Under the pieces are notes generated by a model, which saw only the letters and a list, made by a program, of their open reading frames with translations, was not told the origin of the DNA and ran no database searches. The position numbers and the translations under genes are program-made. 53,459 nt of DNA. Source: Deltaproteobacteria bacterium. GTDB taxonomy: Bacteria; Desulfobacterota; QYQD01. The stretch lies in contig QYQD01000190.1 in NCBI GenBank assembly GCA_007280345.1, positions 1 to 53,459 of the forward strand, written 5' to 3'. Positions 11,680 through 19,712 of the stretch are shown here, in pieces (the first letter of the stretch is position 1; each line of letters begins with the position of its first letter).

Positions 11680-12465
11680 ATGGTTGCGAAAGGTGTAGCT
11701 TCTGTGCTTGTTAAGGAAAGGGTGTCATTTAAGCTCATAATCCTTGCTGCGGGTAAGGGAACACGCATGAAATCTTTCCGGGCTAAGGTATTACACGAGA
11801 TTATGGGCCGGCCGATGCTGGCCTATGTGTTGGACACGGCTGAAAGGCTTGAATCGTCAGGTACATACGTGATTGTCGGGTATCAGAGCAAAGCGATACA
11901 GGAGGCTTTTTGTGACCGACAGGCTAAGTTTGTCTTACAACAGGAGCAATTAGGAACCGGGCATGCGGTGTTATGTGTAGCTGGTGAGCTTTCCGGTTAT
12001 AGTGGAGACGTGGTCATTCTCTGTGGCGATGTGCCGTTTTTGAAGCCGGAGACAGTGATGAGGCTTATAGAACAACATATAGCCCGGAAAGCGGCATTAT
12101 CTGTCCTGACGACAATTGTAGAAGACCCCGGGCATTATGGCCGGGTGATAAAAGACAGAAAAGGCAATATCTTAAGGATCATTGAAGATAAAGATGCTAC
12201 GCCAGATGAGAAGCTGATATGTGAAGTGAATACCGGAATATATTGCGCTAAATTTCCAGTGCTTATTGATGCCTTGAGAAGAGCAGGAAGAGATAATGTG
12301 CAGGGAGAATATTATTTAACCGACGCTGTGCACCTGATCAAAGAGATGGGCCACAGGGTTATCAGCGTTATTACAGATCGGCAGGATGAGGTTATGGGGG
12401 TAAACAGTAAGGCAGAGCTGGCCAGGGCGGAAAAGATAATGCGAATAGAAATTAGCAAAAGATAA
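11680..12465 (+). CDS. glmU: GlmU-type UDP-GlcNAc pyrophosphorylase domain only (no left-handed beta-helix acetyltransferase domain)
   Basis: LAAGKGTRMKS, QEQLGTGHAV, CGDVPF, EVNTGIY and EYYLTD match the GlmU N-terminal domain. The ORF stops after the linker helix at 261 aa. It keeps the atpC-glmU synteny known from E. coli. The start codon is uncertain. Confidence 0.8.
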   Translation: MVAKGVASVLVKERVSFKLIILAAGKGTRMKSFRAKVLHEIMGRPMLAYVLDTAERLESSGTYVIVGYQSKAIQEAFCDRQAKFVLQQEQLGTGHAVLCVAGELSGYSGDVVILCGDVPFLKPETVMRLIEQHIARKAALSVLTTIVEDPGHYGRVIKDRKGNILRIIEDKDATPDEKLICEVNTGIYCAKFPVLIDALRRAGRDNVQGEYYLTDAVHLIKEMGHRVISVITDRQDEVMGVNSKAELARAEKIMRIEISKR

Positions 12466-12518
12466 CTGTTTTGCAGGCAATTTTGATTTTGGCCTCAGGA
12501 AGATAAAGAGGTATCCAT

Positions 12519-14699
12519 ATGCCCAGAAGAATAACCAGGGAAACAAAAGAAAGATCAATCCAGCCTGCGGATATACTGGCCGCCATGCGCAAGGCCGGGC
12601 GGCCTCTTTTAATGCGTGAGATTTTGCAGATTTTAAGCCCTGCTCCACAGGACAAAAAGTTCGTAAAGGACATGATAATCCGGATGGGGCAAGCCGGTGA
12701 TCTTATACTCCTTAAAGAGGGTCGCTATGGTCTCCCGGAACGTATGAACCTGGTTACGGGACGTTTGCAAATCAACCCCGGTGGTTTTGGTTTTGTGATC
12801 CCGGAAGCAAAAAGTATAGAAGATGTATTTATACCGGGACGGGAGATAAAGGATGCCATCCACGGCGATCGGGTAATAGTACGCCTGGAACATGGCCTGA
12901 AAGGCCGCCGGCCGGAGGGGAGAGTCATCCGTATCCTGGAGAGGAAGGCCAAATATATCGTTGGAGCCTTCACCAGGGGACGGGGAGCCGCCTACGTAAT
13001 ACCTGAGGATGAACGATTTCCGTTTGAGGTTGTCATCTCTTCCCGGGAGACCGCCGGCGCCCGTTCGGATGAGGTGGTGGTAGCGGAGATAACAAATTTC
13101 CCCCCGGGGAGGCGAAATCCTGAAGGCCGGATAATAAAAGTGCTTGGCGACCCGGGCGATATCGCCGTACAGACACAGATGGTTATTTTCAAACACGGCC
13201 TTATTCAGGATTTCAGCCCTGAGGCAGAAGCGCAGGCGCGGTGTCTGCCTTCCGAGGTTACATCCGGGATGGTAAGGGGGCGCGAGGACCTGCGTGGTAT
13301 CCTTACCGTGACCATTGATGGAGAGCAGGCTAAAGATTTTGACGATGCCGTATCTATAGAGAAGGATCGCCAGGGTTATAATCTCTATGTCTCCATTGCC
13401 GATATCAGCCATTATGTGCCGGCAGGAAGCCCTTTGGACGAAGATGCCTATAAGCGTAGTAACAGTGTCTATTTCCCTAATTTTGTCATTCCCATGTTTC
13501 CGCCCATCCTTTCAGACTATTTAGGCAGCTTGAGGCCCCAGGTGGAGAGGCTGGCCTTTACCGCCTTTTTGCATTTTGACCGCCAGGGGAAGATGAGGGA
13601 ACGCCGTTTTTACAAAAGCGTCATCCGAAGCGACGCCCGTTTAACCTATACAGAGGTCAAAGGCATCCTGGTGGATAAGGATAGGAGCTTGCGCCGAAAA
13701 TACAGGCCGCTGGTTAAATCATTGGAATGGATGGCTGAGTTGAGTCAGAAAATCTCCGGGAATAGACGACGGCGCGGCAGTATTGATTTCGATCTCCCTG
13801 AACCGGCCATAATACTTGGCGTGCAAGGGGTCTTAGAGGACATTGTGCGCCGGGAAAGAAACCTGGCCCACCAGATCATAGAAGAATTTATGATAGCGGC
13901 CAACGAGGCCGTGGCCGAGCATATCTCCGAGAGAGATATCCCCTGTCTCTATCGCATACACGAGGAGCCTGAGGCAGCCAAAGTTCACAATTTTCTCAAC
14001 TTTGCCTATTCTCTGGGGTTGCCTATTACGTTTCCAGAAGAGATGACCCCGTACTGGTTTCAGCAGGTGCTCGGTTTGGTAGAAGGCGCGCCGGGCGAAT
14101 ATGTGGTTAACACGCTACTCCTGCGTTCCATGAAACAGGCGGTTTATGCGGCCGAAAACCGCGGGCATTTTGGTTTAGCCTCAGCCCACTACACCCATTT
14201 TACCTCTCCCATTCGCCGCTATGCCGACTTGATAGTACATCGCATCTTACACCATGCGCTGGAAGGTAATCCCGGGCCGCTTTATACCTTAGAACAACTA
14301 TCCGGGATAGGCCAGTATATCTCAACGCAGGAACGTCTGGCCATGGAGGCGGAACGCGAGATGGTGGATCGTCTGCGTACCAGGTTTATGGCGGATAAAA
14401 TCGGAGAGGAGTATGACGGCATCATCTCGGCGGTTACTGCTTTCGGATTTTTTGTGGAACTACGGGAGATTTTTGTAGAAGGCGTAGTGCGTCTGGTGGA
14501 CATGGCCGATGATTACTACTATTACGAAGAAAAACACCATCGTTTGGTGGGTAGAAGAAAAAAGCAGATTTTTCAGATAGGGGACTTTGTCCGGGTCCAG
14601 GTAGCCAGAGTCGATATCTCACGCCGGCATATCAATCTTGTTCTGGTTATGAAGTACACATCCAGGGGAATCTCTGATCTAAGGGAATCAAAAAAGTAG
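12519..14699 (+). CDS. rnr: Ribonuclease R (RNB family 3'-5' exoribonuclease)
   Basis: N-terminal HTH/CSD region (GFGFVIPE), RNB core (TIDGEQAKDFDDAVS, HFGLASAHYTHFTSPIRRYADLIVHR) and a C-terminal S1 domain (GFFVEL). Confidence 0.93.
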   Translation: MPRRITRETKERSIQPADILAAMRKAGRPLLMREILQILSPAPQDKKFVKDMIIRMGQAGDLILLKEGRYGLPERMNLVTGRLQINPGGFGFVIPEAKSIEDVFIPGREIKDAIHGDRVIVRLEHGLKGRRPEGRVIRILERKAKYIVGAFTRGRGAAYVIPEDERFPFEVVISSRETAGARSDEVVVAEITNFPPGRRNPEGRIIKVLGDPGDIAVQTQMVIFKHGLIQDFSPEAEAQARCLPSEVTSGMVRGREDLRGILTVTIDGEQAKDFDDAVSIEKDRQGYNLYVSIADISHYVPAGSPLDEDAYKRSNSVYFPNFVIPMFPPILSDYLGSLRPQVERLAFTAFLHFDRQGKMRERRFYKSVIRSDARLTYTEVKGILVDKDRSLRRKYRPLVKSLEWMAELSQKISGNRRRRGSIDFDLPEPAIILGVQGVLEDIVRRERNLAHQIIEEFMIAANEAVAEHISERDIPCLYRIHEEPEAAKVHNFLNFAYSLGLPITFPEEMTPYWFQQVLGLVEGAPGEYVVNTLLLRSMKQAVYAAENRGHFGLASAHYTHFTSPIRRYADLIVHRILHHALEGNPGPLYTLEQLSGIGQYISTQERLAMEAEREMVDRLRTRFMADKIGEEYDGIISAVTAFGFFVELREIFVEGVVRLVDMADDYYYYEEKHHRLVGRRKKQIFQIGDFVRVQVARVDISRRHINLVLVMKYTSRGISDLRESKK

Positions 14700-14733
14700 C
14701 TGCCTGAATTTCAAATGTCAAAATCCAAATGTT

Positions 14734-14855
14734 GATGAACTCGTAAAAGGTCCCAAATATCACGCAAAGCCGCCAAGGACGCAAAATTTTTCTTTGATAA
14801 CAATATGTTGTCTTCGCGGTCTTTGCGCCTTTGCGTGAGAAATTGACTTTGAGCT
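14734..14855. repeat. Intergenic MITE-like repeat, family copy 2
   Basis: GATGAACTCGTAAAAGG leader, then core inverted arms TCACGCAAAGCCGCCAAGGACGCAAAA (from 14760) / TCTTCGCGGTCTTTGCGCCTTTGCGTGA (to 14838). Confidence 0.6.
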
Positions 14856-14912
14856 TTAGAATTTTAGTTTTGCCGGTTATCAGGTTTGGATTTTGTATCG
14901 TAGGCTATTAGC

Positions 14913-15650
14913 GTGAAAACCATTAAAACTAATCTTGCCAATTTGGCCATTGTTCTGCACAAGCCACGTTATCCGGAGAATATCGGGGCGGCGGCGCGGT
15001 GCGCTTTGAACATGGGCATCTCTAAGATAATGGCGGTGAGCCCGGCCAATCCGGACAGAGAAAAGATGCTTAAGATGGCTACGCATGAAGCGGCGGGCCT
15101 GATTGAAAATATGGAGATATATGATAACCTGGCCGCGGCTCTGGCCCCTTTTCAATATATAGTCGGCACTACGGCCAGGCTGGGCAGACATCGGCAGGCA
15201 TTGGAGACGCCGCGGGAACTGGCCGGTTGCATCGTGGACCTTTCTCAAAATAACCGCGTAGCCCTCCTTTTTGGCCCGGAGAATACGGGCCTGAGCAACG
15301 AGGATCTGAAATACTGTCATATCGTGACCACCATACCTACTGCCAATTTTGCTTCGCTTAACCTGGCCCAGGCCGTCATGATTGTATGTTATGAGCTACT
15401 CATGGCCCGGATGGAAGCCCCTTCTCAAGATCGCTTTACACCGCATCTGGCGACGTCTGCAGAACTGGAGGGGATGTATGCGGATCTGCGGGAGGCGCTG
15501 CTCACGATTGGTTTTCTTAAATCTGAAGAGCAGGAGTATGGCCTTAATCAGGTGCGGGCCTTTCTTTCCCGCGTCAAACTTCTCTCGCGGGAGACTCAAC
15601 TCATGCGCGGCCTCTGCCGGCAGCTTAAGTGGTTTAAGAAGAATTCATAA
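14913..15650 (+). CDS. trmJ: SpoU-family tRNA 2'-O-methyltransferase (TrmJ-like)
   Basis: GTG start. Motifs IVLHKPRYPENIGAAARCALNMG, LLFGPENTGLSNEDL and SLNLAQAV form the SPOUT knot, with a C-terminal extension as in TrmJ. 245 aa. Confidence 0.7.
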   Translation: MKTIKTNLANLAIVLHKPRYPENIGAAARCALNMGISKIMAVSPANPDREKMLKMATHEAAGLIENMEIYDNLAAALAPFQYIVGTTARLGRHRQALETPRELAGCIVDLSQNNRVALLFGPENTGLSNEDLKYCHIVTTIPTANFASLNLAQAVMIVCYELLMARMEAPSQDRFTPHLATSAELEGMYADLREALLTIGFLKSEEQEYGLNQVRAFLSRVKLLSRETQLMRGLCRQLKWFKKNS

Positions 15651-15653
15651 TTG

Positions 15654-15816
15654 TTCACCGCAAAGAACGCAGAGAAAGCATATTATGCGGTCAATTGGTT
15701 GAGTAGATGAGTGGTAAAAACAGTTGAGTCGTTGAGTAACAACCACTCAACGACTCAACCACTTAACTACTCAACTGATTTTACCAGCTTTGCGTGCTTT
15801 GCGCCTTTGCGGTGAG
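15654..15816. repeat. Intergenic MITE-like repeat, family copy 3, with a nested GTTGAGT-rich long hairpin
   Basis: Arms TTCACCGCAAAGAACGCAGAGAAAGC / GCTTTGCGTGCTTTGCGCCTTTGCGGTGAG. The interior (15697-15777) contains a perfect 15-bp inverted repeat, GTTGAGTCGTTGAGT (15723-15737) / ACTCAACGACTCAAC (15745-15759). Confidence 0.7.
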
Positions 15817-15825
15817 AACGGGGTA

Positions 15826-16773
15826 CTATCGGCAGGGCAGATCGAAATCAGGAGATGACATCTCCTTAAATTTTGCTTCAAGGTCGGCTATAGGAGATTT
15901 GAGATTTCCGGCTTCATCGGCCTTTTTTAGTATTTCAAGCACAAGCGAGGCCTTTTCCTTGTGTCCGATATTATAACAGACGTTGAAGGCCCTCCGGGCG
16001 TATTCATCGGCCTCAGACCACCTTTCCTGTTTTAGACTTAACTTGGCCAGCATCTCCAGATCAGCAGCGATACCGGGATAATCGAGGGTTTCCTGGTCAA
16101 GTTCCAGGGCCTTTCCCCATAGGGTTTGGGCTTCCATATAATTTCCCTCAGACATGCGTATAAGGCCCAGATTATGGCAGGATGAAGCCAGACCGGATTT
16201 ATTATCCCCGGCTTCATAGATGGCTATGGCTTTCGATACAGAGTCATTCGCCATGGCAAGGAGATCTTTTTGCCAATACAAATGTCCCATAAGATTGAGG
16301 ACAAATGCCTGCTGGATATCATCCTTGCCGCGATTTGCCGCCTGAAAAGCCTCTTCCAGATGTCTTTCGGCCTGGTCTGGATTTCCTGCCTTCAGGTCAA
16401 CCGCAGCCAGATTACTGAGACTGAGAGATAGACCTGCTTCGTTATCCAAATTACGCTGAATGCGGGCGGCCAGGGTAAAGAATTCTCTGGCCTCATTGAG
16501 CTTGCCGGTATTCAGGGCCAACATGCCGATATTGTTATAATCATAAGCCATACCGGGAAGGTTGTCTATGGACTGGTTAATTCGCAAGGAATCTTCAAAT
16601 AAGGACAAGGCCCGGCTGTAACAACCTTTTTTAAACCAGCGTACTCCCTTATTGGCATAATCCAACGCCTTTTCTTTTTCTAATTCTATAGGTTTCGGCG
16701 GCGCGCCTGCACAACTTGAGATGCCGGGTAACATTAGCAGTATGCAGGCTATTATCAGAAGACAACGGTGCAT
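15826..16773 (-). CDS. TPR-repeat lipoprotein
   Basis: Signal peptide with lipobox (LLMLPGISSC), followed by repeated TPR-like units (A..Y.N.G...L..G....A...). Its ATG directly abuts the stop of the upstream MlaD-like gene. Confidence 0.75.
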   Translation of the reverse strand: MHRCLLIIACILLMLPGISSCAGAPPKPIELEKEKALDYANKGVRWFKKGCYSRALSLFEDSLRINQSIDNLPGMAYDYNNIGMLALNTGKLNEAREFFTLAARIQRNLDNEAGLSLSLSNLAAVDLKAGNPDQAERHLEEAFQAANRGKDDIQQAFVLNLMGHLYWQKDLLAMANDSVSKAIAIYEAGDNKSGLASSCHNLGLIRMSEGNYMEAQTLWGKALELDQETLDYPGIAADLEMLAKLSLKQERWSEADEYARRAFNVCYNIGHKEKASLVLEILKKADEAGNLKSPIADLEAKFKEMSSPDFDLPCR

Positions 16774-17691
16774 TTACCTTACCCCTCTTGTATCCGGCTG
16801 AATAATTCCCTTTTCTTTCGGGGGGATGCCGCCTTTAATGAGTGGATTACGTTTGGCTGACTCCAGTATCTGGTCCAGTTTCTGCAGGTTTTCACGCGCT
16901 CCCCGGGCAATGGCCGGTGCGTCACGGCTGGCGGTCTTTATATCCTGCAGGATATTTCTCATCTCTTGCATGGCCTCCGGCAGAACCCGGGCGGCCTGCT
17001 TTACGCCTTGCGATGTTTTCTCAGCGTTAGCCAATATAACCTCCAGGTGGGCCATCTGCCGGTCCAGTCTCTCATAAAGATCATTTTTTACCAGTATGTT
17101 CCCCAGCCCCTGCCCCCTTTTTATGTCATCGGTTATACTGCGTAAGTCCCAGAGCGTACCCAATAACGGGCCTTCCGGATCCTTAAGCTGATTTATGGTT
17201 TCTTCGAGGTCATAGAGTATCCGGGTAAGGGCATTGAATTTTTCTTCCATGTGAAACTCTTCAGCATAATCACCGAGAGATTTCTTCCTCTTGGAGGGGA
17301 TGATTCCTTCTTCAGGGATAAGGAGTGACCCTGGCGAACCGGCGGATATGGATATATATTCGCTGCCAATGAAGGTGGGACTGTCCACGAGCGCTACCGA
17401 GTCCTGCCTGATCAGCTTGGAGTGTTCCTTCAGGATTTTGATGGTGACTCCTACCTTGTTTTGCGGGGTAATCTCTAGCGAAGTCACATACCCTACATCA
17501 GTATTAAATAGCTTGACGGTGGCCCCTTCCTTGAGGTTATAGCCCTCATTAAAGATAATATTATATACAGCATAATCCCTGAACCAGGCCTTACCGCGGC
17601 CGATGACGATTACGCTTCCGGTTACTACGATGACGCTAAGGATGAGAAAAGCGCCTACCATCTTTTCCATTGTGCTAAACTTCATTTCCAT
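16774..17691 (-). CDS. mlaD: MCE/MlaD-domain protein
   Basis: N-terminal TM helix, an MCE fold start (YNIIFNEGYNLKEGATVKLFNTDVGYVTSLEI) and a long helical C-terminus. Lies downstream of the MlaE and MlaF-like genes. Confidence 0.75.
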   Translation of the reverse strand: MEMKFSTMEKMVGAFLILSVIVVTGSVIVIGRGKAWFRDYAVYNIIFNEGYNLKEGATVKLFNTDVGYVTSLEITPQNKVGVTIKILKEHSKLIRQDSVALVDSPTFIGSEYISISAGSPGSLLIPEEGIIPSKRKKSLGDYAEEFHMEEKFNALTRILYDLEETINQLKDPEGPLLGTLWDLRSITDDIKRGQGLGNILVKNDLYERLDRQMAHLEVILANAEKTSQGVKQAARVLPEAMQEMRNILQDIKTASRDAPAIARGARENLQKLDQILESAKRNPLIKGGIPPKEKGIIQPDTRGVR

Positions 17692-17693
17692 AA

Positions 17694-18449
17694 TCAGATG
17701 CTGTTCCTCCCTGAGTCATGCCTGGCGGTGTCCGTTCTTGTGTGGGACCCGGACGGCCCGCAGGCAGGATTTTCTCCGGCCAGTCTACCCTCTTCCAGGG
17801 TATATGAGCGACTAATGAGTGTAGCCAGGGAAGCGAGTGAGACAGCGCTTGTGGAGGCGACCAGCAAGGAGCTGCCCATCTCCCGCAAGCATTTTCCTAC
17901 ATAGGATATAAGCAAGGCCTGTCCTTCTGTAGAAAGAGTATTAATTATTCTGTCCAGTAGTATCAGGATAGGTTTCTTGGCCAGTTCCCGGGCACATACT
18001 GCCCGTTTAAATATCTCCGCATTAACCTCTGTGGGATGCAGGTTCTTATAATCGTTGACCTGGAAATAGGTTAATAGCCGTTCTCCTTCTTCCCAAACAT
18101 CATGCAGTGATTTGTTTTCGTGGTAAGCCCATCCCAGGGATACGTTTTGTAATAAGGTAAGATTGCTTATTAGGGCCGTATCCTCGGCTACGTAAGCAAT
18201 CTTTCGGCGCAGGGGAAGAAGGTCTATTTCTCTGCCAAAAGGTACGGGTGTTCCATCCAGGTAGATTTCTCCCTGCGTTGGTTCCAGCAAAGTGGCGCAT
18301 ATCTGGAGCAACTCAGCGCCGGACAGGCCGGTTGGGTCACAGAGACCTATTCCTTCGCTGCATGGTACAGCCAAGTTAACCCCCTGTAGTATGTTTTTCC
18401 CGTTATCTTTATACCATACATCATTTATGTGGAGGCGAATTGCGGTCAT
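17694..18449 (-). CDS. MlaF-like ABC ATPase-fold protein with all nucleotide-binding and catalytic motifs substituted
   Basis: Collinear with MlaF. However, Walker A reads DPTGLSGAE (no Lys), the Q-loop Q is replaced by E, the signature LSGGM is VNAEI, Walker B is ILLLDR (catalytic Glu replaced by Arg), and the H-loop H is replaced by T (VASTS). Confidence 0.75.
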   Translation of the reverse strand: MTAIRLHINDVWYKDNGKNILQGVNLAVPCSEGIGLCDPTGLSGAELLQICATLLEPTQGEIYLDGTPVPFGREIDLLPLRRKIAYVAEDTALISNLTLLQNVSLGWAYHENKSLHDVWEEGERLLTYFQVNDYKNLHPTEVNAEIFKRAVCARELAKKPILILLDRIINTLSTEGQALLISYVGKCLREMGSSLLVASTSAVSLASLATLISRSYTLEEGRLAGENPACGPSGSHTRTDTARHDSGRNSI

Positions 18450-18456
18450 TTTCCAA

Positions 18457-19281
18457 TCACAAGTAAAAAAAAGTGGATATGAGGACGTTCAGGACAAAAC
18501 AATACACCAGACATTGTACGGCGGCCCGGGCGGTGACCTGGGGCACTTCAGTGATAGCCTTTTTAGCCAGACCGCCCTGGTAAGTACAGACCAGAGAGAT
18601 AATGAGGCCGAAGAAAAGGGCCTTAACAAAGCCTATAATGACGTCAAATCCTGTAATAGCCCGATAGAATGAGGGAAGTAAGACAGAAAATGGCGTTCCT
18701 GTGAATATCCAGGCGAATAAGTATCCACCGGTGATAGCTACGGCGTCAAAGCAAACAAAAAGGCAGATGATAGCCAGTATTACTCCCAACACCCGGGGCA
18801 GAACCACGAGATGCAGAGGGTCTATTCCCAACATACGGAGCGCGCGCATTTCTTTAAGGACATGCATATAACCGATCTCTACCGACATGGGCATCCCGGA
18901 GCGGAGTATGACGACCAACGTGGTCATCAGCGGCCCAATTTCCCGTATAACTACGGCTACAAGCAATGTGCCCAGGAACTCTTCACCACCGACCCTGGTC
19001 AGTTGGCCCATGGATTGAACGATGACCAAAAAACCGAAAATAAGGGCCACAAGGCTTATGATACCCAGAGACTGGACTCCAGTAGAATATATTTGTTGTA
19101 TGACAGTCTGTCTAATAAGACGCCGTCCTATCTTACGTTCTTTGAAGAAGATATAGATGAGGCGGGTGAGAAGACCCATAACGTTACTTAAATGCTGGAT
19201 TCTTTCTACTGTACTGCGGCCGAGGTAGCCAAAGAGCCAGCCAGGAGATAGTCCGGATGTGTTGTCTTGATACCCTCCCAT
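18457..19281 (-). CDS. mlaE: MlaE-family ABC transporter permease
   Basis: VVIREIGPLMTTLVVILRSG...EIGYMHVLKEMRALRMLGIDP is characteristic of the MlaE/YrbE family. Polytopic membrane protein. Confidence 0.85.
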   Translation of the reverse strand: MGGYQDNTSGLSPGWLFGYLGRSTVERIQHLSNVMGLLTRLIYIFFKERKIGRRLIRQTVIQQIYSTGVQSLGIISLVALIFGFLVIVQSMGQLTRVGGEEFLGTLLVAVVIREIGPLMTTLVVILRSGMPMSVEIGYMHVLKEMRALRMLGIDPLHLVVLPRVLGVILAIICLFVCFDAVAITGGYLFAWIFTGTPFSVLLPSFYRAITGFDVIIGFVKALFFGLIISLVCTYQGGLAKKAITEVPQVTARAAVQCLVYCFVLNVLISTFFYL

Positions 19282-19286
19282 TCTCT

Positions 19287-19619
19287 TTATGCCCTGATGC
19301 CTTTTTCTGACAGCATTTTTTCCGCAAATCCCAGGATAAAATCCCTTTGTGCTTTACTGGCATATTGGATGCAGTCGCAATGAAGAGTCTGCTTGCTGCG
19401 TATGAGAAACTCGAATTTTACGCAATCCTCGCAAACCTCAATAGAGAAACAAAACGGCTTACAATTTTTGTGGGTGTATTGTGTCTCAGCCAGCAGGTCA
19501 TCCGGGAGGTCAACCCAGAACAGACCTTCTACAGAGGACAGATGGGCATGTTCCCGGAGATATTCCGCAATCTGTTCGATTTGTCCTTTATCCAGTTCAT
19601 CAATCAGATATTGCCGCAT
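19287..19619 (-). CDS. Small Cys-containing hypothetical protein (first gene of the Mla-like block)
   Basis: 110 aa with clean coding appearance and six Cys (CKPFCFS...CEDC...CDC). Lies 5 nt upstream of mlaE on the same strand. No family recognised. Confidence 0.5.
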   Translation of the reverse strand: MRQYLIDELDKGQIEQIAEYLREHAHLSSVEGLFWVDLPDDLLAETQYTHKNCKPFCFSIEVCEDCVKFEFLIRSKQTLHCDCIQYASKAQRDFILGFAEKMLSEKGIRA

Positions 19620-19712
19620 CTATTGCCCTCTCTTTACTGTGAGCATTCCGCATTCAGCCATCGGTCGTGAATCGTAAATCGTGAAACGTTTACACGTTCG
19701 AACGTTTTACGA

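Noticed and set aside
12633-13412. 259-aa minus-strand ORF within rnr.
   Set aside because: It is antisense to a clearly real RNase R gene, has low-complexity composition, and has no start context.
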